This document shows positions 32,975-44,025 of a stretch of 64,000 nt of DNA, piece by piece (within the stretch, counting starts at the first letter, position 1; each line of letters begins with the position of its first letter). The notes beneath the pieces were generated by a model. The model made no database searches. It worked only from the letters and a program-made list of their open reading frames with translations, and was not told the DNA's origin. This DNA is from Calditrichia bacterium (GTDB lineage: Bacteria; Calditrichota; Calditrichia; JAJRVZ01): assembly GCA_963796965.1 (NCBI GenBank), contig CAWCNS010000006.1, positions 32,001 to 96,000 of the forward strand, in the 5' to 3' direction. The translations under genes and the position numbers were made by a program.

Positions 32975-34909
32975 TTACTTCACCAGCGTTATCTTCCTCG
33001 TTTCTACATTTTCAGATGTCTTGATAGTACAGTAATAGTTTCCACTGGCAAAGGTCTCTCCATGCCACTCAACCTGATAAATACCAAGAATCTTGCTCTC
33101 ATCCACTAATTTTTTAACCAATTGTCCTAACACATCAAAAATTAGGATTTCAATATGTTCCTTTTTACTAACCTGATATACGATGGTAATTTTATTCTGA
33201 AAAGGATTAGGATAAATATTCAGGAATCCCGATATCTGCGGAATATTATACAGAGGGCCGTTATTAGTATTTAAAATTTTATTCAAAGGATCAATGTCAA
33301 CCTCTGTTACTGTATCGGCGAAATATATCTTTTGTTTGGTAATCCTTTCAGAAACAGGAATAATTATTAATGTGTCCGCGGAAGTTCCTTTGACCAAGAC
33401 TTCCAGATTAAAATGATAAATCGGGTCTTGTTGAAACTGTTCCAGCATAATTGTTGTTATATTTTCTTCTTGCTGCCAGTCTCCTATAATAACGGGCATC
33501 CCACCATAGTTTAGCCATTGATCAAAAAACTTCAACCAGGATTCTCCTGTTACCACTTCTGTGATACGTCTAAGATTTTCGGTGGTGATAGTGCCATACT
33601 TATAGTCTTCATAATAATCACGAATGATTTTTTTAAAGACTGACTCACCTGCTTCAAACCTGAGCATATGCAAGATCCAAGCCCCCTTCATATACACCGC
33701 ATTACCAAACATATACCTTTCTGGGGGATCATAAATGGGATAAGGTAAAGATCCATCTGAATTCATCTTGTTTTTATAGAGATCCATCTGCTGCTGGTAG
33801 GCTTCTTCACCATACTTATATTCAGTAAAGAGGGCATCAAAGTATGAAGCAAAACCTTCATTCAGCCAAATATCGACAAAGGTTTTAGGGGTTAATGCGT
33901 CGCCCCACCATTGATGGGCAAGTTCGTGGGCAATAACCCCAACATTATCCATAACAAAATCGCCCATCGTTGTTGCTGTTTGATTTTCCATGGCGGCTGC
34001 CTCACGAAAGGGCACTTCGACCATGTCATATTTTTCAAGCAGGAAGGGATAGTCACCTATAAATTCACTAAAAAAAACAAGCATCTCTTTAGTCCATAAA
34101 AGTGCTTGAGCCCCTCTATCCAGATCCGGAGAATATACCCAGTAGGCTAGAGGAATTACTTTAGATTCCCAGACAAATTCATCAGCAGCTATTTTGTAGG
34201 GTCCTGCCGCAATTGAAATAAGATAAGTGGCTATTGGATAATTTTCATACCAAGCAAATATTGTAGATCCAGGACCTGCATTGCTTTGCCCCATCAGGGT
34301 ACCATTGCTCAAAGCAATCATTGGTGTGGGGACATTTACTGTCACAGAAGAGGTTGCTTTGTCTGCGGGTTGATCCTTACACGGAAACCAATAATGGGCA
34401 TCATAGGGTTCGTTATGCGAATAAACAATCATTTCACCATAAGCATTTGGTCTAAAATATAATCCTTTTAGGGGTTTTCCCTGATAACAAAAAGACACCT
34501 GTTGTGTATCGCCAGCAACAATTGTTGCGGATGGATATACAGTTAATAATTCATTTTCTCTACTAAAGGAGGCCTTATTGGGACCAATAAAAACTGAATC
34601 CAATTGCAATCCGGCAAAATCAAACAATAGGTTTGTCTCAATATTAACAACAGGTAACAACACTATTTCTACAAAACCGATAATTTCATTGTCATTAGGA
34701 TCAATGGAGAGATTAATCTGGTAGTGTATGACATCATAGTTGGCCAAGGATTGGCGCAGAGGATTTAATTTAAATCTATTTTGTTCTTTGGTCGCCTGGT
34801 ATGACTTATTAGGGGGAGTTGTATCAATCGTTTCAATTTGCGCATAAGCGATCCCCAGGGATGCCAGAAATAAAGCGGGGATAAAAAACTTTTTGGTGAG
34901 CCCAGTCAT
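32975..34909 (-). CDS. Secreted M1-family aminopeptidase with C-terminal PNPF (secretion-tail/FlgD-Ig-like) domain
   Basis: Signal peptide; AAMEN, HELAH...WLNEG, YMKG; IYPNPF...RKITLVK; start chosen at ATG 34909. Confidence 0.9.
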   Translation of the reverse strand: MTGLTKKFFIPALFLASLGIAYAQIETIDTTPPNKSYQATKEQNRFKLNPLRQSLANYDVIHYQINLSIDPNDNEIIGFVEIVLLPVVNIETNLLFDFAGLQLDSVFIGPNKASFSRENELLTVYPSATIVAGDTQQVSFCYQGKPLKGLYFRPNAYGEMIVYSHNEPYDAHYWFPCKDQPADKATSSVTVNVPTPMIALSNGTLMGQSNAGPGSTIFAWYENYPIATYLISIAAGPYKIAADEFVWESKVIPLAYWVYSPDLDRGAQALLWTKEMLVFFSEFIGDYPFLLEKYDMVEVPFREAAAMENQTATTMGDFVMDNVGVIAHELAHQWWGDALTPKTFVDIWLNEGFASYFDALFTEYKYGEEAYQQQMDLYKNKMNSDGSLPYPIYDPPERYMFGNAVYMKGAWILHMLRFEAGESVFKKIIRDYYEDYKYGTITTENLRRITEVVTGESWLKFFDQWLNYGGMPVIIGDWQQEENITTIMLEQFQQDPIYHFNLEVLVKGTSADTLIIIPVSERITKQKIYFADTVTEVDIDPLNKILNTNNGPLYNIPQISGFLNIYPNPFQNKITIVYQVSKKEHIEILIFDVLGQLVKKLVDESKILGIYQVEWHGETFASGNYYCTIKTSENVETRKITLVK

Positions 34910-35154
34910 ATATAAGACCTTGAGTTTAAGAACGCATTTTTTTGCTTGCAAAACATCAGTAAATGATCGACCTTTGAATAGAGAGGAAACGATTCAACAA
35001 ATACTGTCCCTTTAAAATGTTACTCTTGATGCGAATATACAGATTTAACAAAAAAAAGGGGAATATTTTGAATACGGATAAAAATAATAAATTGTATTTA
35101 AGAATAAATTAATTTACTTTTCATGTATGTTAATAATTTCTGCGGAGGAATATT

Positions 35155-35469
35155 ATGGCAGGCAGCGGCGATAGTTTTTTTAAGGGATTTGTATTTGGCA
35201 GTATTCTCGGAGGAATCATTGGTGTTTTACTTGCTCCAAAAAGCGGGAAAGATATGCGCGAAGAATTAGGAGAAGAGGCAGGAAAAATATTTGACCATGG
35301 CAAGTCAGATTTTGAGAATGCCCGTAAAGCAGCGATGAAGTCATTCGAACAAGGACGTGACAAGATCATTGAGAAGATGACAAAAGATGAAGTCGAAGAA
35401 GACTCCCCGGTTATCGAAGAAGAAAAACCGAAGAGAAAGCCTCGTAAGCCTAAATCGAAAACTGAATAA
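35155..35469 (+). CDS. YtxH-domain protein
   Basis: FFKGFVFGSILGGIIGVLLAPKSGKDMRE; GGAGG RBS. Confidence 0.88.
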   Translation: MAGSGDSFFKGFVFGSILGGIIGVLLAPKSGKDMREELGEEAGKIFDHGKSDFENARKAAMKSFEQGRDKIIEKMTKDEVEEDSPVIEEEKPKRKPRKPKSKTE

Positions 35470-35535
35470 TCAAATACTATAACAAGTTGAAAACTATTTA
35501 TTGTCTTGAGCGGCAACTAGTTTAAGGAGTAAAAT

Positions 35536-35916
35536 ATGGCCTGGGAAGTTGCACTTGTGGTTCTATTGCTTGTGCTTACCGTATTAGTAATATTACTAAT
35601 TCCTACAGTCGTTAGTTTTTACAGAGCCCTGGGTAAGCTATCGAAAACCCTGGATGAATTAAATCGTGAATTACCTCAAATTTTGCACAATGTCGGGGAT
35701 ATAACAAATCAGACGTCCCAGGCATCACGGACTCTTAATGGTGTTGTAGACAATATTGCTGAGTTTGAACAACAAGTTTCCAATGAGATTAAGCAGCCTG
35801 CTTTGGAAGTTGTGGCAACACTAGGCGGTTTATTCAGAGGGCTTCAAACATTTATGACTTATTTTATACGAAAAGAAAGTAAATATTTTTGTTATATTCA
35901 TAGCCAACCCTTATAA
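35536..35916 (+). CDS. DUF948/YoxC-like protein
   Basis: N-terminal TM then coiled coil (LPQILHNV); follows ytxH; real stop may be near 35881. Confidence 0.75.
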   Translation: MAWEVALVVLLLVLTVLVILLIPTVVSFYRALGKLSKTLDELNRELPQILHNVGDITNQTSQASRTLNGVVDNIAEFEQQVSNEIKQPALEVVATLGGLFRGLQTFMTYFIRKESKYFCYIHSQPL

Positions 35917-37275
35917 ATTATATTTATTCACTTTATTTCTCATCGTTCTGATGCTAAACCCCAAACGTTTAGCTGCATGTGTTTTATTACCCTTTGATTT
36001 ATCTAAAGCCTTCTTTATAATCAACTTTTCTGCATATTCTAATTGATCTTTGTATCTCATACCATCCATTTGACCAAAATCAGGTAAATTGGAATTGCTT
36101 TTACTTGATTTAATATAAAATGGTAAGTCCTCTGGAGAAATACATTTCTTCTCTGTTAAGACAATAGCATTTTCAAGTGCATTTTCAAGTTCTCTCACAT
36201 TTCCCGGCCAGGAGTATTTCATACAGATATCTAATGCTTCAGAATCTATCCCTTCAATTTCTTTATTATTTTTTTGAGCAAAAATCTGAATAAAATGCTC
36301 AATTAATGGACCGATATCTTCTGGCCTGTCACGTAAAGCCGGAATATTTATCGGTATAACATTTAATCGATAATAAAGATCTTCACGAAATTTCCCACCC
36401 CTCATTTTCTCTTCAAGATCTGCATTTGTTGCCGCCAAAAGACGTACATCAACAGAGATAGACCCTGTACCCCCAACCCTATTAAATTTTTTTTCCTGCA
36501 GAAAACGCAATAGTTTTACTTGTACATTTAAAGAGAGATCACCAATCTCATCCAGAAATATTGTTCCACTATCAGCACTTTCAAATTTACCTTTCATTGT
36601 TTTATGTGCACCGGTAAAAGCGCCCTTTTCATGTCCAAATAATTCACTTTCGAGTAAGGTCTCGGGAATGGAGGAGCAGTTAAGTTCCATCAACTTATTA
36701 TTTTTCCGCGGACTGTTAAAATGTATTGCCCGGGCTATTAGTTCTTTACCTGTTCCACTTTCTCCTCTTATCAAAATTGTAGCATCGGATTCTGATATCT
36801 TACTTACCTTTCGAAAGACTTCCTGCATTTTTCCACTGCTACCTATGATATTCTCATATTGATATTTTTTTTCAATTTTATCTTTTAGTGAATTGTACTC
36901 GGCATGTAATTTGTATTGATTAATCGCCTTTTTAAGCACTATCAATAATTCATCAATATCGATGGGTTTTGTTAGATAGTCGTATATGCCCTTTTTCATT
37001 GCACTTACAGCATGTTTAACAGAGCCAAAGGCCGTCATCATAACTACCAGTAAATCTTTTTGTTCCCTCCAAACCTGATTAGCCAATTCAAGTCCATCGA
37101 AATCAGGAAGAACCAAATCAGTAAGCATAACGGTAAACATGCCGTTCTTGACTTCCCGTAAAGCACTTTTACCGTCAATAGCTTTAATTACTTCGTAATT
37201 CTCCATACTGAGAATTTCAGCTAATCCTTCCAGAGTATTACGATCATCTTCAACTATTAAAATCCGATCCATCAT
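35911..37275 (-). CDS. Sigma54-dependent NtrC-family response regulator
   Basis: Receiver (ILIVEDD, TDL, TKP), GESGTGKE, GAFTGA, FREDLYYRL, WPGNVREL, Fis HTH. Confidence 0.95.
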   Translation of the reverse strand: MMDRILIVEDDRNTLEGLAEILSMENYEVIKAIDGKSALREVKNGMFTVMLTDLVLPDFDGLELANQVWREQKDLLVVMMTAFGSVKHAVSAMKKGIYDYLTKPIDIDELLIVLKKAINQYKLHAEYNSLKDKIEKKYQYENIIGSSGKMQEVFRKVSKISESDATILIRGESGTGKELIARAIHFNSPRKNNKLMELNCSSIPETLLESELFGHEKGAFTGAHKTMKGKFESADSGTIFLDEIGDLSLNVQVKLLRFLQEKKFNRVGGTGSISVDVRLLAATNADLEEKMRGGKFREDLYYRLNVIPINIPALRDRPEDIGPLIEHFIQIFAQKNNKEIEGIDSEALDICMKYSWPGNVRELENALENAIVLTEKKCISPEDLPFYIKSSKSNSNLPDFGQMDGMRYKDQLEYAEKLIIKKALDKSKGNKTHAAKRLGFSIRTMRNKVNKYNL

Positions 37276-39142
37276 TCAGACTCCGTCCGAATTTTCTTAT
37301 TGGAGGGTATCTCCCGCTTTTTTTCAATGCTCGGTATATTAACGATAATGTTTGTTCCCTCTCCCATTTTGCTTTCTACCTGAATGTTGCCGAAATGAGC
37401 TTCAATTATCTGTCTTGCTATGGCCAACCCTAGACCCGTCCCGGTTTTTTTCATTGTGTAATACATTTCAAAGATATCTGAGATCTTTTCAGTCGGGATA
37501 CCCATACCAGTGTCTTTAAATTCAATACGAAGCATGGTGGTAGATTTTCCGGTATTACTTTTTATTCTTTTTATACTCGTTTTAATCGTAAGTTCACCGC
37601 CACCAGGCATTGCTTGGAGGGCATTGATAATGATATTATGATAAACCTGCATCATCTGATCACGATCCACATTTGCTAAATATTTCTTTTTATAGAACTG
37701 TCTTTTAATCTCTACCTTCTGTTGTTCTGCATTGGCTCTATGCATAAGGATAGCGGCATCTAAAATATTATGGATATCATTGGGAAGGAAATCGAATCTG
37801 GGAGGTCGAGATATCATCAAAAAGTTTTTGATCAAATTATCCATCCGGTTAATTTCTGACACAATGATATCAAAATATTTTTGTTTTTTTTCTGCATTTC
37901 CCAGGGGATTTTCCATCTCCCTTTTTAATATTTGCATATTGATGTTCATACTATTTAAGGGATTCCGGATCTCATGGCTAACTAAAGTGGCAAACTTGCT
38001 CATGGCAGCAAGTCTTTCAATTCGTCGTAATTTTCGCTGGTTTTCTGACAAGGTGGCCGCCATCGAATTAAATTCTTGTGCTAAAACACCAATTTCTTCA
38101 TATTTCTCGATAGTTATTCTAAAATCCAGATTCCCCTCAGCATATCTTTTTACACCACGGATAAGGGTCGTGATCGGGTGCAGTAATTCTCTTTTCCAGA
38201 GAAATAAGCCAATAAATTTGCTACTATAATTACCAGCGCAACAAAGGCAAAAACCTGGTATAGCATGGTACTGGCCACTTCAAAAGCTTCATCAATAGGC
38301 TGCTGGATAACGATAACCCAATCGAACTCCTCGATATAGGCAAATGTGCCCAGCATGGCTACACCTTCCGGTGAAAGAAATACTCTCGAGCTTGCTGTCG
38401 CCTGTTTCATATCATTAATGAAGTCAAGATCGAAAACCTTTATTTTATCCGGATGGGCAATCAATTCCCCGATTCCGGATACAACAAATGCATTACCCGA
38501 CTCTCCAACTTCAATTTCGTCAACCAGTTCCCAAATACTTTTTAAATTAATTTCAGCTACTAAAACACCTTTGATCTGGCCAAATTGCTTAATCGGATGC
38601 GATATCACAATGAAGGGTTCCTGATCTTTGTTAAATTTTACTGAAGAGGAGGAGTCTATGCCCTGAACTGTCTGGATAAAGAAATCCTCATGAGCATAAG
38701 CTGTTTCATGCGGTCCAAAGTCAGATGTACTAATTTCACGTCCTAAGGTGTCAATTGTAAAGATACGATCAAATATGGGTTGATATATAGTTATAACTTT
38801 ATTTAGAATTAAACTTTGGGTGAAGGAATTCATGTCCTGAATATCCTTCGTCTCCAGAAGTGTTTTTAAAAGTTTGTTGGGGATTTCAAGGAATAACTTT
38901 ATTTCATTTCCAGCCCGGCGAGCAATCAGGCTATGTTGGTTTTTTGTATATTCAGAAATGGATTCCTGTGTGATAGAACGCATAAAGAGACCAACGATGA
39001 TAAGAGGTAATGCAGAGAGCATCGTTAGTGTAAATAACAATCGTGTACTCAATCTTTTGAAAAACGGGGGTTTGATGGAGCGTTTAAAAATTCTTAATCG
39101 GGCCCTAGTTCTTCTGTTTTTGTTTTGGGATGTACCACTCAT
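37272..39142 (-). CDS. Cache/HAMP sensor histidine kinase (two +1 frameshifts at about 38178-38203)
   Basis: TM-Cache (IAHPD)-TM-HAMP (EEIGVLAQEFNSM), SHEIRNPL, NALQAM, DTGMGI, GTGLGL. Confidence 0.88.
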
Positions 39143-40734
39143 TTTTGGGATTTATTTTTTCCACATATACCAATTTTTGATAGATCCTATTTGTTACATT
39201 TTCAAACCGGTCATTTATGGCATAAGAGATTAGATTCTCATAAAATAGATATATGCAGGGTGATAATTGGTTTATTTGTACCTGCATTTGTTGCATGATG
39301 GTTCCGACTTGCTCGATATTTGTTGCTCTTTCAATCTGGTTAACAGCTGTGTTCATAACCCGGTCATTAAAATTTTGAAAGTTATTCTCTGTCTTCAATT
39401 CATTAAGATAAAACTCTCTCAATGCATGGACTGGCAATTTTGGATTATAGACAAATGAACGAAGAGCGGCCTGGTAATTACCTTGATTTACCAATGCTTC
39501 AAGATCGGCAGGACTTTTAGGCTTTGGGATTATATTTATACCCAACTCAGCCAGGTTAATTGAGACCATTCTGGCTATTGATTCTTCAAAGGAAGATCCT
39601 TCAGAATAATAAAAATCAAATTTGAGTTCACGATTATTCTGAAATAATTTTCCATTCGATTGCTTGCGATAACCGCCAGACTTTAGGATATCCAAACTTT
39701 GTAAAGGATCATACCTGTAAACACGTGTCCCTGGAAAGAAAAAATCAGAACTCTCATCAAATAGATTATAAGCAACTTGCCCATCTTTACCTAACATCCT
39801 ATCAACCAACTGCTTTTTATATACCCCATAGTTAAAAGCCCGGCGGATGCTCATATCATTGAATGGACTTGTTCTGGTGTTTAGTAAGATAAAGTAAAGT
39901 TTAACCTCGTCTCTTCGGATCGATTTGATTTTAGTCGATGGCGTAAGCCGTTTTATTTTTCTTACAGAAGATGCGTTCTGAACTGCCATGACATCGATTT
40001 GTCCTCTGATAAATGCATCAACCATTTTTTCATATGTAGAATAAAATAGAATAGTGATGCCATCCAGGTTAGAACGGCCTTTGTAATGGTTCATATGAGT
40101 GCTTAGTTCAATCTGTGATCCAATATTTCTATCCAGGACATAATGTCCATTACCAATTGGGGGAGAGATGTCGGGAAGACTTGAGAGTAAATTAAAATTA
40201 AGCCATTTTTCATAATGCTTCTTTGGGAGTATTGGAAGTATTCCTATCGTTTCCCGAAAGTTTGAGTATTTTTCTTTGAGTATTATACTCAGAGTTTTAT
40301 CATCTATAATATTCACAGCATTAACCAAACGCATATCAAATAAAAGAGGCGATTGAAGAGAAAATTTTTTATAAAGATCATAAGTAAACTTCACATCTTC
40401 AGTCTGTAATCGGAGAGTCGTCATGAAAATAAACGTTTGATTTTAAACTTATGCGATATGTTTTTGACTGTTCACGAATATTTGTGGAAGCGACTAATCC
40501 CTGAACAATTCTTCCTTCCTTCGCTTTGCGAAACAGACCATCACCAAAGATTAACTTATTAATTTCTCGCTCGTAATCGGTTCGGGCAATCATCGGATTA
40601 AATTGAGGAGATTGAACCAAGACATAACCCAACCTCAAACGGCCACCTGTAGCTGGTTGTATATTCTGCTGGGAATATAAATCCTCACCATCAAGAACTA
40701 TTAAGCAAAACATTATTAAAAGTACTCTATACAA
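39105..40734 (-). CDS. Family 5 (peptide/nickel) solute-binding protein (+1 frameshift at 40403)
   Basis: Signal peptide; FHDDSPITAEDVKFT after repair; PIGNGHY; PFNDMSIRRAFNY. Confidence 0.82.
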
Positions 40735-40993
40735 CCTTAGGATTCTCCGACTGATTAACTGCTGAATAAAGATGATAATAAAATTTTAGAATAGAGGCAA
40801 TAAAATTAGTCTAAATATCTATATTAAGATCGGTAACGAATAATCCGGGATATTCAAAAAACCTTGATTATCATCTTCTACTTTTTTAAACTTTTTGTCT
40901 AGGTTAATATTTTTACCTAATTAGATCATTATACAACCTTTGGGTAGATTTAACGTCGCTAATCATATAAAGTTTAATTTTTCAGGAGAAGAA

Positions 40994-41917
40994 ATGGGAA
41001 CACCTTTAGGAAAATACATATGGCATAATGGCAGTTACATCGAATGGGACAATGCGAATATCCACGTTATGTCTCATGTTATTCATTATGGGTCATCTGT
41101 GTTTGAAGGTATTCGTGCCTATGAAACCCATTTAGGCCCTGCCGGATACAGACTAGAAGATCATATAAAAAGACTTTTTGATTCCGCGAAGATCTACCGG
41201 ATGGATTTACCCTTTACTCCTGAAGACATTGTTCAGGCCTGTGTCGATACGGTTAAAAAAAATGGGTTTGGGGCATGCTACATCCGCCCGGTTGCTTTTA
41301 GAGGTTACGGAGCCTTTGGCGTTAATCCTTTGGATAACCCCATTGAGACCTATATTGCCACCTGGGAATGGGGTGCCTATCTTGGTAGTGACGCTCTTGA
41401 GAAGGGCGTTGATGTTTGTTTCTCAAGTTGGGGAAGATTTGCTCCCAACACCTTACCTGCATTAGCCAAATGTGGGGCTAATTATATGAACTCACAATTG
41501 ATTAAAATGGAAGCAATCCAAAATGGTTATACGGAAGGGATTGCCCTTGATAATCAAGGATATATTTCTGAAGGAAGTGGTGAAAATATATTCCTAATTA
41601 GAAATGGAGTCATCTTTACTCCTCCCCTCAGTGCATCTATTTTACCTGGCCTTACCAGAGGAACAGTGATTGAAATCGTAAAAGATCTGGGATATGAACT
41701 TCGGGAGGAAATGCTCCCTAGAGAATCAATTTTTATTGCCGATGAAGCATTCTTCACAGGAACAGCTGCCGAGATAACACCCATACGCAGTGTTGATAAG
41801 ATAATTATTGGAGAAGGAAAACGAGGACGTATTACAGAAAAAATTCAAGAAGAATTTTTTAAAATATTCAATGGCAAAAGAGAAGTCCCTGAAAATTGGC
41901 TTACACCAATTAAATAG
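40994..41917 (+). CDS. ilvE: Branched-chain amino acid aminotransferase
   Basis: HYGSSVFEGIR, YIRP, AKCGANY, EGSGEN, GTAAEITP; AGGAG RBS. Confidence 0.95.
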   Translation: MGTPLGKYIWHNGSYIEWDNANIHVMSHVIHYGSSVFEGIRAYETHLGPAGYRLEDHIKRLFDSAKIYRMDLPFTPEDIVQACVDTVKKNGFGACYIRPVAFRGYGAFGVNPLDNPIETYIATWEWGAYLGSDALEKGVDVCFSSWGRFAPNTLPALAKCGANYMNSQLIKMEAIQNGYTEGIALDNQGYISEGSGENIFLIRNGVIFTPPLSASILPGLTRGTVIEIVKDLGYELREEMLPRESIFIADEAFFTGTAAEITPIRSVDKIIIGEGKRGRITEKIQEEFFKIFNGKREVPENWLTPIK

Positions 41918-42135
41918 TTACGACTTCATTTGACGATTTTGATATTTTTAATAACAGAATCTTTTATCATTCTTATGCTCATGGGACTGTAAGGACACTA
42001 ATTTAAGCTGATGTGAAAATTTTAGAATCAACCACGGAGTTATATAGACTTTCACAATCTCTATGTCACGTCTTTCCAGTTATAATAATAGTATGCATCT
42101 TCATTCCCTTATTATACTAATCATAATTTAAACTC

Positions 42136-44025
42136 ATGGTAGAATTGAGTCGTGTTGAGATTGAAGAGAAATTCACCTCACTTCAGAGATCTATAAATTC
42201 CCCTCATGTATTTTTAGAAACACGCAAAGTCGACGCGAACAATAAACACTCTTTTTATTTCACCAATCCCAAAGATATTATTACATTATATAAGCAGGAT
42301 GACCCTTCAGAGTTTTTTAAAAAGTTAGAATTGGCTCAAAGTGAGGGATATTGGTTAGCGGGATATTTTTGCTATGAAGCAGGCTATTTTTTTGAACCTT
42401 ACCTGAATAAATATCGGGATAATCTTAAAATCAACCGTCCTCTGGCCTGGTTTGGCGTCTTTCAACCTCCTTTGATGATAGATCAAACCCGGGTAGATTT
42501 AGAGCCAACATTAAAAGAACATCCCTTTCTGAGAACCAGAACAAATCCCTGTGAGATTAATAATCTGAAGATCAATATGAACCCCGACGAATACCATAAT
42601 GCAATTTCAAAAATCAAATCATATTTAAAGGAGGGAGATACTTATCAAGTTAATTTTACCTTAAAATATAAGTTCTTATCTAAAGAGAACCCTTTTGATC
42701 TGTTCAGGTTTCTTCAGAGTAAACAAAACATAGCCTATAGCGCTTTTGTTAATAATGGACATCAGTATTTTCTCTCACTCTCGCCCGAATTGTTTTTTAA
42801 AAAAGAAGGTGCGAGAATGACCTCTAAACCGATGAAGGGAACTGCTAAAAGAGGACGATTTAACCTAGAGGATGTTGAATATGCCCAATGGTTGACTAAT
42901 GACCCAAAGAATTTGGCTGAAAACACAATGATCGTTGATCTTATTAGAAATGATCTTGGGAAAAAATCTTTAATTGGCAGTGTATATGTTTCTGATCCTT
43001 ATCAAGTGGAAAAATTTTCGACACTTCATCAAATGACCTCAACGATCAATTCTACCCTTCAGCCTGGCACGACTATTGAGGACCTGTTTCTCGCCATGTT
43101 TCCCTTCGGGTCAATTACCGGAGCTCCAAAGATAAGAACGATGGAAATTATCAATGAACTTGAAAAGGAGCCACGGGGGATATATACCGGGGCCATTGGT
43201 TATTTTTCTCCGGATGGAAACGCCCAATTTAATGTGGCGATCAGAACTCCGGCAATTGACAAGTACGGAAATGGAGAGATGGGTATAGGGGGAGGGATTG
43301 TTGCAGAATCCTTGGCTAAAGATGAATTTGAGGAATGTCTGCTAAAAGGACATTTTTTAACAAAAAGGATAAATTCCTTTTCGTTAATCGAGACAATGCG
43401 TATGGAAAATGGTGAGATATACCTTCTTGATCTTCATATGGAGAGATTAATAGACTCATCTAAATATTTTGATCTGATCTGCCCGTTAAAACATATTAAA
43501 ACGGATCTCAAAATGCTCAACAGAAAACGGGAAACGGGTCTTTTCAAAATCAGATTAGTACTTGATCAGCAAGGAAACTACAAGATTCAGATAAATCCAA
43601 TAAAAGGATCACCAAAAAAACCTGTGCTTCTTTTAAAAATATCAGAAAAAAGAATGAACTCCGCAGACTTATGGCTATATCACAAAACAACAAACAGAAC
43701 CTTATATGATACGGAACTAAACCTGGCAATTAAGCAGGGATACGACGAAGTACTCTTTATAAACGAGAGAGGAGAGATCTCGGAAGGATCCATATCAAAC
43801 ATTTTTATTCAACAATCCGGCCAATTAGTAACACCCCATCAAAAAGCAGGTTTACTAAAAGGGACCTTGAGACAATCTCTCCTGGATAACAAAGAATGTT
43901 ATGAGACGATCCTAAAAGAGCAAGATATCCTGAATGCCGAGAAGATCTTTATAGGCAATTCCGTGATGGGATTAGTTGAAGCTGAACTGGTCACCTCAGA
44001 CTCAAAATTCACCACGAACACCTAG
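42136..44025 (+). CDS. pabB: Aminodeoxychorismate synthase component I fused to a class IV (ADC lyase-like) domain
   Basis: YQVNFT, SPELF, KPMKGT, ENTMIVDLIRNDLG, GSITGAPK; C-terminal HKTTNR, EGSISN, GLLKGT, GNS. Confidence 0.9.
   Translation: MVELSRVEIEEKFTSLQRSINSPHVFLETRKVDANNKHSFYFTNPKDIITLYKQDDPSEFFKKLELAQSEGYWLAGYFCYEAGYFFEPYLNKYRDNLKINRPLAWFGVFQPPLMIDQTRVDLEPTLKEHPFLRTRTNPCEINNLKINMNPDEYHNAISKIKSYLKEGDTYQVNFTLKYKFLSKENPFDLFRFLQSKQNIAYSAFVNNGHQYFLSLSPELFFKKEGARMTSKPMKGTAKRGRFNLEDVEYAQWLTNDPKNLAENTMIVDLIRNDLGKKSLIGSVYVSDPYQVEKFSTLHQMTSTINSTLQPGTTIEDLFLAMFPFGSITGAPKIRTMEIINELEKEPRGIYTGAIGYFSPDGNAQFNVAIRTPAIDKYGNGEMGIGGGIVAESLAKDEFEECLLKGHFLTKRINSFSLIETMRMENGEIYLLDLHMERLIDSSKYFDLICPLKHIKTDLKMLNRKRETGLFKIRLVLDQQGNYKIQINPIKGSPKKPVLLLKISEKRMNSADLWLYHKTTNRTLYDTELNLAIKQGYDEVLFINERGEISEGSISNIFIQQSGQLVTPHQKAGLLKGTLRQSLLDNKECYETILKEQDILNAEKIFIGNSVMGLVEAELVTSDSKFTTNT

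Noticed and set aside
32975..33230. Evidence for a complete type IX secretion system
   Set aside because: PNPF tails occur widely in FCB lineages; no T9SS machinery genes are in this window
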